A DNA stretch of 64,000 nt from Planctomycetota bacterium (GTDB lineage: Bacteria; Planctomycetota; PLA2; JAEUHO01), in assembly GCA_965222115.1 (NCBI GenBank), contig CBDCTJ010000007.1:1548082-1612081 (forward strand). Direction: 5' to 3'. This document shows positions 38,445 through 48,138 of the stretch, in pieces. How positions within the stretch are numbered: position 1 is the first letter of the stretch; each line of letters opens with the position of its first letter. A program made the position numbers and the translations under genes. The notes under the pieces are model-generated. The model was not told where the DNA came from and ran no database searches. It saw nothing but the letters and a program-made list of their open reading frames with translations.

Positions 38445-38981
38445 ATGTCCGATGGTTCGTTCCTGAGCGATATCAAAACGCTGCGTGAGCGCGCGCGTAA
38501 ACACATCGAGAAGGGTGCTCTTACCGAAGGCTACCGCGCCGATGTCGATACGATTCTCAAGTTACTCAATGAAGCGCTGGCCACGGAGATTGTCTGCGTG
38601 CTGCGCTACAAGCGCCACTACTTCATGGCGGAAGGCATGAATGCACCCGCCGCGCAGGCCGAATTTCTTGAGCATGCTAACGAGGAGCAGATGCACGCGG
38701 ACCGACTTGCGGCACGCATCGTGCAGTTGGGTGGAGAACCCAATTTTAGCCCCGAAGGCTTGGCCACGCGCAGTCACTCGGAATACGTTCCCGGCGAAAC
38801 ACTCAGAGAGATGATCGAGGAAGACCTTGTCGCGGAACGCATCGCGATCGAGAGCTATGGCGAGATGATTCGCTATATCGGCGATAAGGACCCCACAACC
38901 CGCCGACTGCTTGAAGACCTATTGGCGATTGAGGAGGAGCACGCAGACGATCTCGTGGGACTTCTGAAGCAAGAGGCGTAG
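38445..38981 (+). CDS. ferritin-like / bacterioferritin family protein
   Basis: Ferritin-like four-helix motifs (LLNEALATEIVCVLRYKRHY...EEQMHADRLAARIVQLGGEP...EDLVAERIAIESYGEMIRYI...EEEHADDLVGLL). The start was re-assigned to Met with an upstream purine-rich stretch. About 20-aa N-terminal extension relative to E. coli Bfr. Confidence 0.7.
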   Translation: MSDGSFLSDIKTLRERARKHIEKGALTEGYRADVDTILKLLNEALATEIVCVLRYKRHYFMAEGMNAPAAQAEFLEHANEEQMHADRLAARIVQLGGEPNFSPEGLATRSHSEYVPGETLREMIEEDLVAERIAIESYGEMIRYIGDKDPTTRRLLEDLLAIEEEHADDLVGLLKQEA

Positions 38982-39079
38982 GCACCGAAGTGGCCCCACG
39001 ACGAGCACGCGTCGGCGTGATCAACATGTTTAGGCGCCGTGCGCTACTCAGCGAAGCGCTACCGCGTGGGGCAGCGTTT

Positions 39080-39406
39080 TTACGGGAACGTGGTGCCATC
39101 CGTTTTGTAGCCAGGCGTAAAGTTGACACCCACTTCTACGTTGTAGTGTTGGTCAAACATAGCGGGCGTGGACCATGTGCCCTCGTCAACACGCTGCAGG
39201 CTCACGCCGTCTTCCCACTCTGGACCGGGTCCGCCTGAACCGAAGTAGTCGTAGCGGAAAAGCTCCGTCGACTGATCCGGCGTGAGCAACATGACGCTGT
39301 CTCCCGGTGAGCTGTTCTCCTCATTTACCCAGCGGACTCGTCTGTTCAGAGGCCTGTTATGCTGCTGAAAGGCACGACAAGTCGCGGACTCGCGTGTTGC
39401 AGGCAA
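39080..39406 (-). CDS. hypothetical small protein
   Basis: ORF with no recognisable family (…LFRYDYFGSGGPGPEWEDGVSLQRVDEGTWSTP…). Coding status uncertain. Confidence 0.2.
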   Translation of the reverse strand: MPATRESATCRAFQQHNRPLNRRVRWVNEENSSPGDSVMLLTPDQSTELFRYDYFGSGGPGPEWEDGVSLQRVDEGTWSTPAMFDQHYNVEVGVNFTPGYKTDGTTFP

Positions 39407-39521
39407 ATCGGCACAGAATTCACATCAGCCTCCTTGAGACTTGATCGACGTTATGCTCGTCTGTGCTTAACTCACGTTGAGGATCCCCCGACGGATTGGG
39501 CGAAACGTAGGAGATAGTTCG

Positions 39522-40556
39522 ATGACTGAGTCAACGCCCGCATCGGTGGACAAGTCCGCCATCAATGAAACGGACGCCGGTGGCAAGGCGGGCCCCTTGG
39601 CCGACGTCGATAGTGCGGCGATAGATGGCAGCGCCGCTATCGAAGCTACCGCGCGTGTGAGCGATGATTCCAAAGCGAAGAGGGGGTCGGCGCGTCCTTC
39701 CGACGATCGTTCGAAGCGCAAGAAGAATCGCAAGGTTGAGCATGCACGCCGTCGAGACGTCTTTCGCAACGGCATCTATCCGTACGCGACCAAGCTCAAG
39801 CGCAAAGAATATGAGAAGCAGAAGGCCGACCTTCAGATCGAACTGCTCAAAGTCATGTCCTGGGTCAAGGAAACCGGTCAGCGCGTCGTCGCACTCTTTG
39901 AGGGGCGTGACGCCGCAGGCAAGGGTGGCACCATCAAGCGCTTCATGGAGCACCTCAATCCGCGCGCGGCGCGCGTGGTGGCGCTTGAGAAGCCCACCGA
40001 CATGGAACAGGGGCAGTGGTACTTCCAACGTTATGTCCAACACCTACCCACCCGCGGCGAAATCGTTCTTTTTGACCGCAGTTGGTACAACCGCGCCGGG
40101 GTCGAGCGCGTCATGGGATTTTGTACGTCAAGGCAGTACCTTGAATTCATGCGTCAAGCTCCGCAGTTGGAACGGATGCTTGTTCAGGATGGTGTGCACA
40201 TGTTCAAGTACTGGTTCTCGGTCTCGCAAGCCGAGCAGACCCGGCGGTTTCAGTCCCGCGAGCATGACCCGCTGAAACAGTGGAAGCTGAGTCCCATCGA
40301 CCGTGTATCCCGTGAGAAGTGGGCGGAGTACACATCCGCCAAAGAGGCCATGTTCTTCTACACCGATACGGCCGATGCGCCCTGGACGGTAATCAAATCG
40401 GACGACAAGAAGCGCGCACGCCTCAATTGCATGCGTCACTTCCTTTCGGGACTCGATTACCCTCAAAAGGACGTATCGATCGTGGGGCAGCCCGATCCCT
40501 TAATTGTGGGGACACCGGATTTGGTGTTGGAGCTTGATCGCCACCAAATTTCGTAG
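39522..40556 (+). CDS. ppk2: polyphosphate kinase 2 (PPK2 family)
   Basis: Walker A ALFEGRDAAGKGGTIKR and PPK2 core (VVALEKPTDMEQGQWYFQRYVQHLPTRGEIVLFDRSWYNRAGVERVMGF). About 70-aa low-complexity N-terminal extension. Confidence 0.8.
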   Translation: MTESTPASVDKSAINETDAGGKAGPLADVDSAAIDGSAAIEATARVSDDSKAKRGSARPSDDRSKRKKNRKVEHARRRDVFRNGIYPYATKLKRKEYEKQKADLQIELLKVMSWVKETGQRVVALFEGRDAAGKGGTIKRFMEHLNPRAARVVALEKPTDMEQGQWYFQRYVQHLPTRGEIVLFDRSWYNRAGVERVMGFCTSRQYLEFMRQAPQLERMLVQDGVHMFKYWFSVSQAEQTRRFQSREHDPLKQWKLSPIDRVSREKWAEYTSAKEAMFFYTDTADAPWTVIKSDDKKRARLNCMRHFLSGLDYPQKDVSIVGQPDPLIVGTPDLVLELDRHQIS

Positions 40557-40604
40557 GTGTCTCGCGCACCGTAGACTCTTTGCCTGAGGCGGCTCTTCCA
40601 CGTT

Positions 40605-41123
40605 ATGCCCGCCTCAGGTCACTCCGTGTTCAAGGAGCCACGCGTGCGAGTCGGCATTGGCTACGACATTCATCCATTTGAACCAGGGCGGGTCCTCGTG
40701 CTCGGCGGCATCAAGATGGACGGTGCGTGGGGACTTAAAGGTCATTCCGACGCCGACGTTGTGCTGCACGCCATTGCCGATGCGCTGCTCGGTGCGGCGG
40801 GGCTTGGCGACTTGGGAGACCACTTTCCCGATACCGATCCGCAGTGGAAGGACGTGCCGTCCGCCGTGCTGGTTTCCGAAGTCATGACGAAGGTGCGGGC
40901 GAAGGGGTGGCGCGTCGTGAATGCCGATGTGACGGTTATCGCCGAGCGGCCAAAGATAGCGACCTATCGACACGCCATGATCGAGCGCATCGCTGCACTT
41001 CTCGATGTGACGGCTCGAGAAATCAATGTGAAGGCCACCACACACGAAGGGTTGGGCGCCGTGGGTCGGGGCGAGGGCATTGCCACACAGGCCGTGGTGT
41101 TGCTCGCGGACGCAGATGCATGA
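40605..41123 (+). CDS. ispF: 2-C-methyl-D-erythritol 2,4-cyclodiphosphate synthase (IspF)
   Basis: VRVGIGYDIHPF...HSDADVVLHAIADALLGAAGLGDLGDHFPDTDPQWK are canonical IspF metal and substrate motifs. The true start may be the internal GTG (VRVGIG). Confidence 0.85.
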   Translation: MPASGHSVFKEPRVRVGIGYDIHPFEPGRVLVLGGIKMDGAWGLKGHSDADVVLHAIADALLGAAGLGDLGDHFPDTDPQWKDVPSAVLVSEVMTKVRAKGWRVVNADVTVIAERPKIATYRHAMIERIAALLDVTAREINVKATTHEGLGAVGRGEGIATQAVVLLADADA

Positions 41124-41653
41124 TTCGCTATGTTGTGCTCGCGACTTGCGTCAGCTTGGTTGCTGTGTGCGGTTGTAGCGGTATCTCCGACAATACGCGC
41201 GAGATCATCGCCAATGTGAAGAGCCTTCGTTTTGGATCCATGACGCAACTACGCGAGAGACGGGATACGGGCCCGTTTCGAACTTACGCGGTTGCACCAC
41301 GCGCCATGTTGGACATCCTCGAGCGGGCCGCACGTAAGGCGCGCGGCGAAGGCGGAAAGCCCGTTAAAGCGGTATTCGTCTCAGAACGAAAGCTTGAGGT
41401 CGTCGCGAAAGAGCGTGAACCCGAGTTCTCCGAGCAGACTGGCTACAGCGATCAGTTCGTGTCGGCCATGCTCGCCGTGGTGCATCCTGTAGCAAGTGAC
41501 CCCAATCAGTGCCGCGTTGAGATACACGAGATACGCGGCGGGCCGCTCCACCGCGGCGTAGTCAACTGGGAAGCCGACATGCCTCGCTGGATTGATGAAG
41601 TCATGCGCGAACCAATCTCGAATCCACACACAGAGCAGCCCGCACCGAAATAG
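41120..41653 (+). CDS. hypothetical lipoprotein
   Basis: ATG overlapping the ispF stop (ATGA). N-terminal signal peptide and lipobox (MIRYVVLATCVSLVAVCGCSG). Confidence 0.45.
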   Translation: MIRYVVLATCVSLVAVCGCSGISDNTREIIANVKSLRFGSMTQLRERRDTGPFRTYAVAPRAMLDILERAARKARGEGGKPVKAVFVSERKLEVVAKEREPEFSEQTGYSDQFVSAMLAVVHPVASDPNQCRVEIHEIRGGPLHRGVVNWEADMPRWIDEVMREPISNPHTEQPAPK

Positions 41654-41660
41654 CCGACGT

Positions 41661-42116
41661 TTACGTTTCTTTCGCGGTGATCTTGATCATCCGGTCGCCT
41701 TGTCCAATGGACGTCACGACGTCCAGTCCGTCGGTGACCTTGCCAAACACCGTGTGATTGCCGTCCAAGTGAGGCGTATCCCTAAGTGTGATGAAAAACT
41801 GGCTACCGCCCGTATTTCGGCCCGCGTGGGCCATGCTCAAGATGCCGGCCGATTCGTGCTTCTTGGGATTGTTGTCCACCTCGCACTTAATCTTGTAGCC
41901 GGGACCGCCTGTGCCGGGCATGCCGCTCGCGCCTTCACGGGTGTTGGGGCACCCGCCCTGAATCACGAAGTTTGGCACCACCCGGTGAAACGTAAGTCCG
42001 TCATAAAAGCCCTTCTGTATCAGGGTCACGAAGTTTTCGACGGTCTTGGGGGCCTCGGCATCGAATAACTCGAGTTCGATGTTGCCCTTGCCGGTTTCAA
42101 TCGTTGCGGTCCACAT
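41661..42116 (-). CDS. ppiB: peptidyl-prolyl cis-trans isomerase, cyclophilin type
   Basis: Cyclophilin core ([15 protein letters not shown]...[18 protein letters not shown]...HTVFGKV). The start was re-assigned to an internal Met ([18 protein letters not shown]). Confidence 0.85.
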   Translation of the reverse strand: MWTATIETGKGNIELELFDAEAPKTVENFVTLIQKGFYDGLTFHRVVPNFVIQGGCPNTREGASGMPGTGGPGYKIKCEVDNNPKKHESAGILSMAHAGRNTGGSQFFITLRDTPHLDGNHTVFGKVTDGLDVVTSIGQGDRMIKITAKET

Positions 42117-42520
42117 GCGTTTGGGTCTCCTGGCACCCCGAAGCCTCGCGGGGGCAGTTAATGGCGCAGGAAGGTTAACCGCTGGCGCAGCCCCCTCGAT
42201 GGTTTTCCCTGTAACCTCCCCAAACTTGCGGCGTTCCAGGGGTAGGGCGCCGACGCGCGACCGGATCCAAGGAGCCTCGGATCCAGCGAGCATCGGAAGC
42301 TGCGATGTCCTCGTGGCGGCGCCCGCCTATCAAACCATTCAAGCCATGGTCTGTTCGGGGTCATGGTCCAATGAGGACGCGCCCTTGTGAGGCGAGACGT
42401 TTTTTGGATCCAATCGTTTTGTTCGATCAAAGCAATTGCGGGTCCATTGGCCGGAGTCGGACGTTGATTCGAATCGTGCGAGAGATCTTGAGAACCCCAG
42501 ATGCTCCGCGTCTACGTTCC

Positions 42521-43747
42521 ATGGCGTCCATGGGCTGTGCTTGCGCACTGACCTTGTTCTGCATTGCGGCCTCAAGTCATCGGTCGATCAGCGCCTCAGA
42601 AGAGCAGGTTCCCGCGAACAAGTCCTCGGCGAATGATGACGCCGACGCACTAAAGGCTGTCAAGGACGACGCCGTGGCGGCGTACCGGCTTGCCCTGCGC
42701 GCTGAGCACAACCAGAACAAGGCGCTAGCCACGAAAGCGCTTGAAGCCGTGATTAAGCTCGATCCAAATCACCGCGCGGCCCGCCGCGCCCTCGGCTACG
42801 AAAAGGTGGACACTCGTTGGCTTCGCGGCGCCGAACTCTATCGTGCGCGTGGATTCGTTCACTACAAACAGCGCTGGATGACGGCGACCGAGTTTGCCGA
42901 CGCCACGCGACCGCAACGTGAAGCGGCAGAACAAAAGCGCGGTGAAGCCCGTGTGTTGATCCAGTTGGCTCGTGTCACCGATGTAAATCCCGATGTCGTC
43001 GCCTCGGCCAAGCGTGCAATCGCCACGATGGACGATCGCTTCAAGTTGGCGCCCATGGCGCAGGCGCTTCGATGTGAACCGCCTGCCCTGCGCATCTACG
43101 CTGCTGAGACCCTGGGGCGGATGGGGAACCCGCTGGCTGTTCCCGCATTGCTCAAGCGTGCGATTCACGACGATCAAGAATCCGTGCGTGAAATTGCGGT
43201 GGATGCACTTCGCGCCATTGATTCGCCGGCCACCGTCGTGCCGCTGGGTCGAGCACTTCAGAGTCGTCATCTCGCGGTGCGTGTCAATGCGTCCAAGGCG
43301 CTCGCGCGACTCGGCGACATTGGCGGCATGCCCTTGATCATCAAGCGGTGGGTCGGTCGCTCGGGCGATTTCCCCCGCGTCTACTTCGCGCAGATGAATC
43401 AGGTGAGTTACATCCAAGACTTCGACGTGGAAGTTGCGCAGACGTCATTCATTGCCGATCCCATTGTGGGCGTGTTGCAAGAAGGCGTCGTTCATTCGCA
43501 TAAGATTTTGGCTACCGAGTACAGCTTCACCACGGTTGAAGCGCCCGCTTACCGCGGTGCATTGGCAAAACTCGCCGGCGTTGATGAAGGCCACCAAGTC
43601 GGCGCCTGGGTGAAGTTCTGGCAGAAAGAGGGCGAGCGCCTCATGACCGAGCGCGCCGAAGCCTACGACAAACGAGCCAAAGTGCGCGAGCGTTCGAAGC
43701 GCCGACGATCCGGTGAGCGAGCACGAGGCGCACCCGCCGCGCGGTAG
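42521..43747 (+). CDS. secreted/lipoprotein HEAT-repeat protein with conserved C-terminal module (paralog A)
   Basis: Signal peptide (MASMGCACALTLFCIAAS). PBS-lyase HEAT repeats (PALRIYAAETLGRMGNP, DQESVREIAVDALRAI, RHLAVRVNASKALARLGD). C-terminal module GDFPRVYFAQMNQVSYIQDFDVEVAQTSFIADPIVGVLQEGV, shared with the next gene. Confidence 0.55.
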   Translation: MASMGCACALTLFCIAASSHRSISASEEQVPANKSSANDDADALKAVKDDAVAAYRLALRAEHNQNKALATKALEAVIKLDPNHRAARRALGYEKVDTRWLRGAELYRARGFVHYKQRWMTATEFADATRPQREAAEQKRGEARVLIQLARVTDVNPDVVASAKRAIATMDDRFKLAPMAQALRCEPPALRIYAAETLGRMGNPLAVPALLKRAIHDDQESVREIAVDALRAIDSPATVVPLGRALQSRHLAVRVNASKALARLGDIGGMPLIIKRWVGRSGDFPRVYFAQMNQVSYIQDFDVEVAQTSFIADPIVGVLQEGVVHSHKILATEYSFTTVEAPAYRGALAKLAGVDEGHQVGAWVKFWQKEGERLMTERAEAYDKRAKVRERSKRRRSGERARGAPAAR

Positions 43748-43756
43748 CGCGAAACG

Positions 43757-44761
43757 ATGAAGAATTCGAGATTCTTAGGAGCGTTCTGTATGTACCACCT
43801 GAAGCTACGCACACACGCGCGACTCATTTTCGCGTGTGTCATCTGCCTATCGGCCAGTGCATTTGCTGGTGCCGACCGGGAAGCCCCAGCAAAGGGAGTT
43901 GCTGACGCGCCGACAAACCGGCAGGGTGCATCCAGCGCGAAGGTGTCAGCCGACGAAGGCTCAACGGAGGCCGCAACCCGGGTGGCAATCAACAAGAGTC
44001 CTGCGGTGCGGCGCGCGCGCGTCTTTCTCGCGTGGATGGCGGGAAAAGACGAGCAACTCAAGGCCCAGGGCAAGGCGTCACTTGAGAAGGAGACCGAGGC
44101 GGTTCAATACGCGCTGCTTCAGGAAGCACTGCGCCACAAGTCGCCTGTTTTGCGTTCGTATGCGGCCAAGCGCCTGTCCAATGTTTCGGTTCCCAAGGGA
44201 TTCAAGACGCTCCTAACCACCGCGCTGCGTGATACAGATCCGTCGGTTCGCGTTACGGCGGCGAAGGCACTCAAGCACCCTGCCTATTCGCGCGCGGTGC
44301 ATGTGTTTGGGCGGGGTCTATTCACCGCGTCCACGGCCATTCAGCGTCGGTCATTGGCAGCGTTGACGTCGATTGGCGACGAGCTCGCCGTGGGCTACAT
44401 CGTTCAGCGTTGGGAGAAGCGCAGCGGTGATTTCACCCGCGTCTATTTCATGCAGATGAACCAACTCGGCTACATCCAAGACTTCGATGTTGAGGTTGCG
44501 AGTACGTCGTTTATCGCAGACCCTGTGGTCGGCGTCTTGCAAGAAGGCGTCTTGCAAGACGTCCGCATCCTTGCCACGTCCCAAGAAGGAACCACCGTCC
44601 GCGCCGCCACCTATCGCCGCGCGCTATCTTCAATCGCGGGCATAGACAAAGGCGCCAAGGTCAGCGCCTGGCGCAAGTACTGGGACACCAAGAAGCACGA
44701 CCTCGCCACAAAGCGCGCCAACCGCCTCCGCACCGCCAATCGCCCAACCACTGAACGCTAG
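43757..44761 (+). CDS. secreted HEAT-repeat protein with conserved C-terminal module (paralog B)
   Basis: Signal peptide (LIFACVICLSASAFAGA). HEAT repeats. C-terminal GDFTRVYFMQMNQLGYIQDFDVEVASTSFIADPVVGVLQEGV is about 75% identical to the preceding gene's C-terminal module. Confidence 0.55.
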   Translation: MKNSRFLGAFCMYHLKLRTHARLIFACVICLSASAFAGADREAPAKGVADAPTNRQGASSAKVSADEGSTEAATRVAINKSPAVRRARVFLAWMAGKDEQLKAQGKASLEKETEAVQYALLQEALRHKSPVLRSYAAKRLSNVSVPKGFKTLLTTALRDTDPSVRVTAAKALKHPAYSRAVHVFGRGLFTASTAIQRRSLAALTSIGDELAVGYIVQRWEKRSGDFTRVYFMQMNQLGYIQDFDVEVASTSFIADPVVGVLQEGVLQDVRILATSQEGTTVRAATYRRALSSIAGIDKGAKVSAWRKYWDTKKHDLATKRANRLRTANRPTTER

Positions 44762-44800
44762 CTTCCTCATGCGCCACAGAAACCAGGTATTTTTGGCGCA

Positions 44801-47800
44801 TTAGCGTTGGTTTCCCGGCAGTAGCGTGCGCTCGATTCGCCATGCGCGGTCGATTGGCGCAAGCATCAGCTCGTCGAGTTGCGGGGCACGTGCCTCGTGC
44901 CACCATGACGACGTATCCTTCAGGAATTCGTCATCAACGAATTCGACACCGCTACCACTTCTGAGCGCCCATCGTCCCTTCCCTGCGACCGTCGATGTTT
45001 GACCCTCGATTAGTCGCAGGCCGAGCGTTACACCCGTTCCGTCTGTGTCGCGTGATGCAATGATCGAAACACCGGCCACAACTCGCGTCCGATTGACAGC
45101 GACGTGTTGTAGTACTGACAATACGTCCTTACCCCGCAGCGGTTGACCAATCAATGACTCTGTGAGCTGCTTCAACTTGTCACTGGGTGAAGCACCTGGC
45201 GTTTCCCAGTGAACGTCATGCACAATGCATGAGAGGCGTCGAATGAGCCAGTCGAGTTGCTCTGCTTCACTCGATGTGGGAGCCTTCACTTGTCTGAGGA
45301 CGGGAATCACACCTAGCCCGAGACGTACGAGTACACCCTCCGCACGTGAGCGCTCTTTGTCGTCTGAGGCGCGCTGCCAATGTTGCAATGCAGCCTTTAC
45401 TCGCTGGCCAGAAACGGGTTTGGGTTTCGGACGCGTAGGTACCGCTACCGCTTCCAGGTTGTTTGCCTTCCGCCATGTGTTCAGAAAGCGGTAGCGCGTA
45501 GTCAACGAAGATGCCATGTAGGCCGTTTCGTCATAGAGGTAACGATTCGGCCAAAGGAGTCCCAACCGCTTTGCGGCTAGATCGCCGACTCGCTTGGGGT
45601 CGAGGTGACGCATATTCGACGGTCCGGTATGTGACGTGATTATGCGACGGTCCCGAAGCATTTGGACAAGTAGCGCTTCAAGCAGCATTGACGTCTGTTC
45701 TGGGACGAAGACGTCAGAAAAGAGTATGTGATTGGGCGTCGTTTCCGGCGACAAAGGCGCTTCGCTATTGTCTCGTACGGCAATCTCCCTCGCGACGTAG
45801 GCGCAAAGAGCAGGTGAGGCCTTTTCGATCGACTCCTTCATACGTCGTAGCGACCGTTGCGGATCCGCCTTGCACATAAAACGAATCAGCTCCCTGGGCT
45901 CGACGCCCTGCTTCGCCGGCCCCAAGCTCACAAAACTCACCGTCAACGTGTCACTGGCAAGCGTGTACCAGTCCGGGAGAATCGCATTCAATCCACTGAC
46001 ATCGTCCCGAGCAAGAAGCGTCTCCGCGGCGGCCAATCGTGGTGCGGCATCACCTTTGCGCGCAAGCGACCGTAGAAGCGCGCTCGCCTCCTTTGTCCGG
46101 ATCGGTGCCAAGGCACGAGTTAGCGCACTCGCTCGAAGTGGACCCTTGCTGGCCGCGATCGCGTCTCGTATTGGATCAAGAGCCTGTTTTGGAAAACGAA
46201 GCGCGAGTCGCTCAGCCTGTTTGACAGACGCGGAGGTCCCAGCGCGAATCCCGTCAATGAGGACGGCGGCCTCACCCTTCTTCTTTGCGGACTTCCACCA
46301 GTGTTCGACGATCTCTCGCGGCGTGGGTGACGTATCGTCGACTCGTCGAATGTTGACATCGAATTCTATCCGAGGCGTCTCAACGAACTTGCGTCCCGCA
46401 ATGTGTTCGAGGAGTGCGTGAGCAAGTTCATTGACTCGGACGACTCTGAATTGAAAGGGGTGCCAAGTCTTCCATCGACGATCTTGTATCGCCACCCGTG
46501 TAAATCGAGTGTCTTCCAGCGCCTCTATGAGCGCAGGCACCGCTTCATAGCCAAGGCGCTTAAGATGTGTTACGGGCGCTTGGCGCCCCTCTACGATTCG
46601 ATTGTGAATCGTGAAGCGGTCTGACAAAAACAGCTTGCCAACGCACCATCGTTGCACATTGGGTAGCGCGCGAACAAGGGTCTTTGGGTCCAGGGTAGCC
46701 CCTTGGACGGCTCCTAAATCAGGTAGCTTGTAGTGCACCTCTTCAGCCGCCATCGCGCGCAACGTCTCAACGTCCTGAGAATAGTCAACTTGCATTCGTC
46801 GCTGAAGATCCTCAAGCGCTTTCAAGGATTCCCGCCACGTCTTGTGCTCCCTCACAAGGTCGTGCTGCCAACTCGTGTGCAGGCGGTGAATGACGCCACT
46901 GCGAAGCTGCTCTACGACGCTCCACGTGCCGTATCCCGCGTGAAACCGAATGTCGATGCTTCCTACGTGCTTCCAGATTCGCAGCGCAAGCTGCTTCTGT
47001 CCTCGACCGTATAGCGCCATGGCGATTAGAAATCCTCGCCGTCGGTTGAAATCTGCGAACGCGAAGTCCATAAAGGGGTTGTTCTTTGTCTTCTTCGCCG
47101 AATGCTCAAGGCGGGCTAGTGGTTTGGCTATCTCCCGATCGATCGCTAGCGACTCAATACGCGGGTACCTGCTCGAGCCCGGCAGCTGCTTTGGGAACTT
47201 TGCGCGCCGCATCATGACGTCGAACACCGTCGTGTGAGTAGGCGTTTCGCTAACGACAAATCCATGAACGACGTCGCCCGGTCCGTCGTCTCCCGCAACC
47301 CGTGATGCATGGGTAACTTTGACCATTGGAATCGAACTGACGTCCGGAAGTCCCGTCGTCTTCCACCAGGCGATGGCGCGTTGAAGTCCGGCTTCATCCG
47401 CGTCAACGGGAAATCGCAGTGCGTGTACTTTTCGCCGATTCTCACGCCATTCGTCGGCCTTGAGATTCGTGTACCACTCATCCCACGCTGGTCGATTCCA
47501 TCCTTCGCCCGATCCCCCAAACCGTTTTCCCGACACATCTCGAAGGTAACTCCAACCCAAGTGACCAGTTACATTGAGCGAATCGATCAGTATCTTCAGG
47601 CCGCGTCGTTCGCCCTGTTCCGCCAAGGCCCAGGCCAGCGCCAAGCGAACATGGAAGTCCTTTTCGCTTGTCAATTGCTTTGTAAGCCATGGGACCAGTT
47701 GATCGGGCGCATAGTGCTCGCGCGCAATCGACTTCGCTGATTGCTCGCGAGTTCGTGTGTCATTCGACTCAAACTGCAAGAGCAGCGCCTGCAACTTGGC

Positions 47801-47908
47801 GTGTGCCGCATTCTTGGCCGCAGCCTCGTCTTCCTTTGCCCACACAGTCCCGGTTGTCGAAACTGTGAGCACCCCAAACATCACCAAGCACGCGACTACA
47901 CGCTTCAT
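44801..47908 (-). CDS. large secreted protein with N-terminal HEAT-like repeats
   Basis: Start re-assigned to MKRVVACLVMFGVLTVSTTGTVWA (signal peptide). HEAT-like units near the N-terminus (DFHVRLALAWALAEQGERRGLKILIDSL). About 1035 aa, otherwise unrecognised. Confidence 0.5.
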   Translation of the reverse strand: MKRVVACLVMFGVLTVSTTGTVWAKEDEAAAKNAAHAKLQALLLQFESNDTRTREQSAKSIAREHYAPDQLVPWLTKQLTSEKDFHVRLALAWALAEQGERRGLKILIDSLNVTGHLGWSYLRDVSGKRFGGSGEGWNRPAWDEWYTNLKADEWRENRRKVHALRFPVDADEAGLQRAIAWWKTTGLPDVSSIPMVKVTHASRVAGDDGPGDVVHGFVVSETPTHTTVFDVMMRRAKFPKQLPGSSRYPRIESLAIDREIAKPLARLEHSAKKTKNNPFMDFAFADFNRRRGFLIAMALYGRGQKQLALRIWKHVGSIDIRFHAGYGTWSVVEQLRSGVIHRLHTSWQHDLVREHKTWRESLKALEDLQRRMQVDYSQDVETLRAMAAEEVHYKLPDLGAVQGATLDPKTLVRALPNVQRWCVGKLFLSDRFTIHNRIVEGRQAPVTHLKRLGYEAVPALIEALEDTRFTRVAIQDRRWKTWHPFQFRVVRVNELAHALLEHIAGRKFVETPRIEFDVNIRRVDDTSPTPREIVEHWWKSAKKKGEAAVLIDGIRAGTSASVKQAERLALRFPKQALDPIRDAIAASKGPLRASALTRALAPIRTKEASALLRSLARKGDAAPRLAAAETLLARDDVSGLNAILPDWYTLASDTLTVSFVSLGPAKQGVEPRELIRFMCKADPQRSLRRMKESIEKASPALCAYVAREIAVRDNSEAPLSPETTPNHILFSDVFVPEQTSMLLEALLVQMLRDRRIITSHTGPSNMRHLDPKRVGDLAAKRLGLLWPNRYLYDETAYMASSLTTRYRFLNTWRKANNLEAVAVPTRPKPKPVSGQRVKAALQHWQRASDDKERSRAEGVLVRLGLGVIPVLRQVKAPTSSEAEQLDWLIRRLSCIVHDVHWETPGASPSDKLKQLTESLIGQPLRGKDVLSVLQHVAVNRTRVVAGVSIIASRDTDGTGVTLGLRLIEGQTSTVAGKGRWALRSGSGVEFVDDEFLKDTSSWWHEARAPQLDELMLAPIDRAWRIERTLLPGNQR

Positions 47909-48138
47909 CGTCAAGACCTCCATGCGCCCAATAAACCAGGCTTTCTTGACGCAATTGTCACCGTGCGCCACAAAAGCCTGGCATTTGTGGCGCGTACCCC
48001 GTGGAGAGGGGGAAGTTGCGGAGAAGTGGGATAGGTGTTTGACGGATTGGGCGGGCAACTCTTAGGGACTGGTTGGGTTTCAAAACGCAACATCGAACGG
48101 CGAACCGGCCGCGACGATCCCGCGAAAGGAACAGTCCC

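Noticed and set aside
38990-39470. Possible additional gene or ncRNA in the gap between the bfr-like gene and ppk2
   Set aside because: Only a weak 108-aa - strand ORF with no motif, listed at low confidence. No convincing structured-RNA signature seen by eye.
40844-41653. Long 269-aa reading of this ORF
   Set aside because: The first ~90 codons overlap ispF in another frame and are Arg/Gly/His-rich junk. The real gene most likely begins at the ATG overlapping the ispF stop (41120), which gives a signal-peptide lipoprotein.
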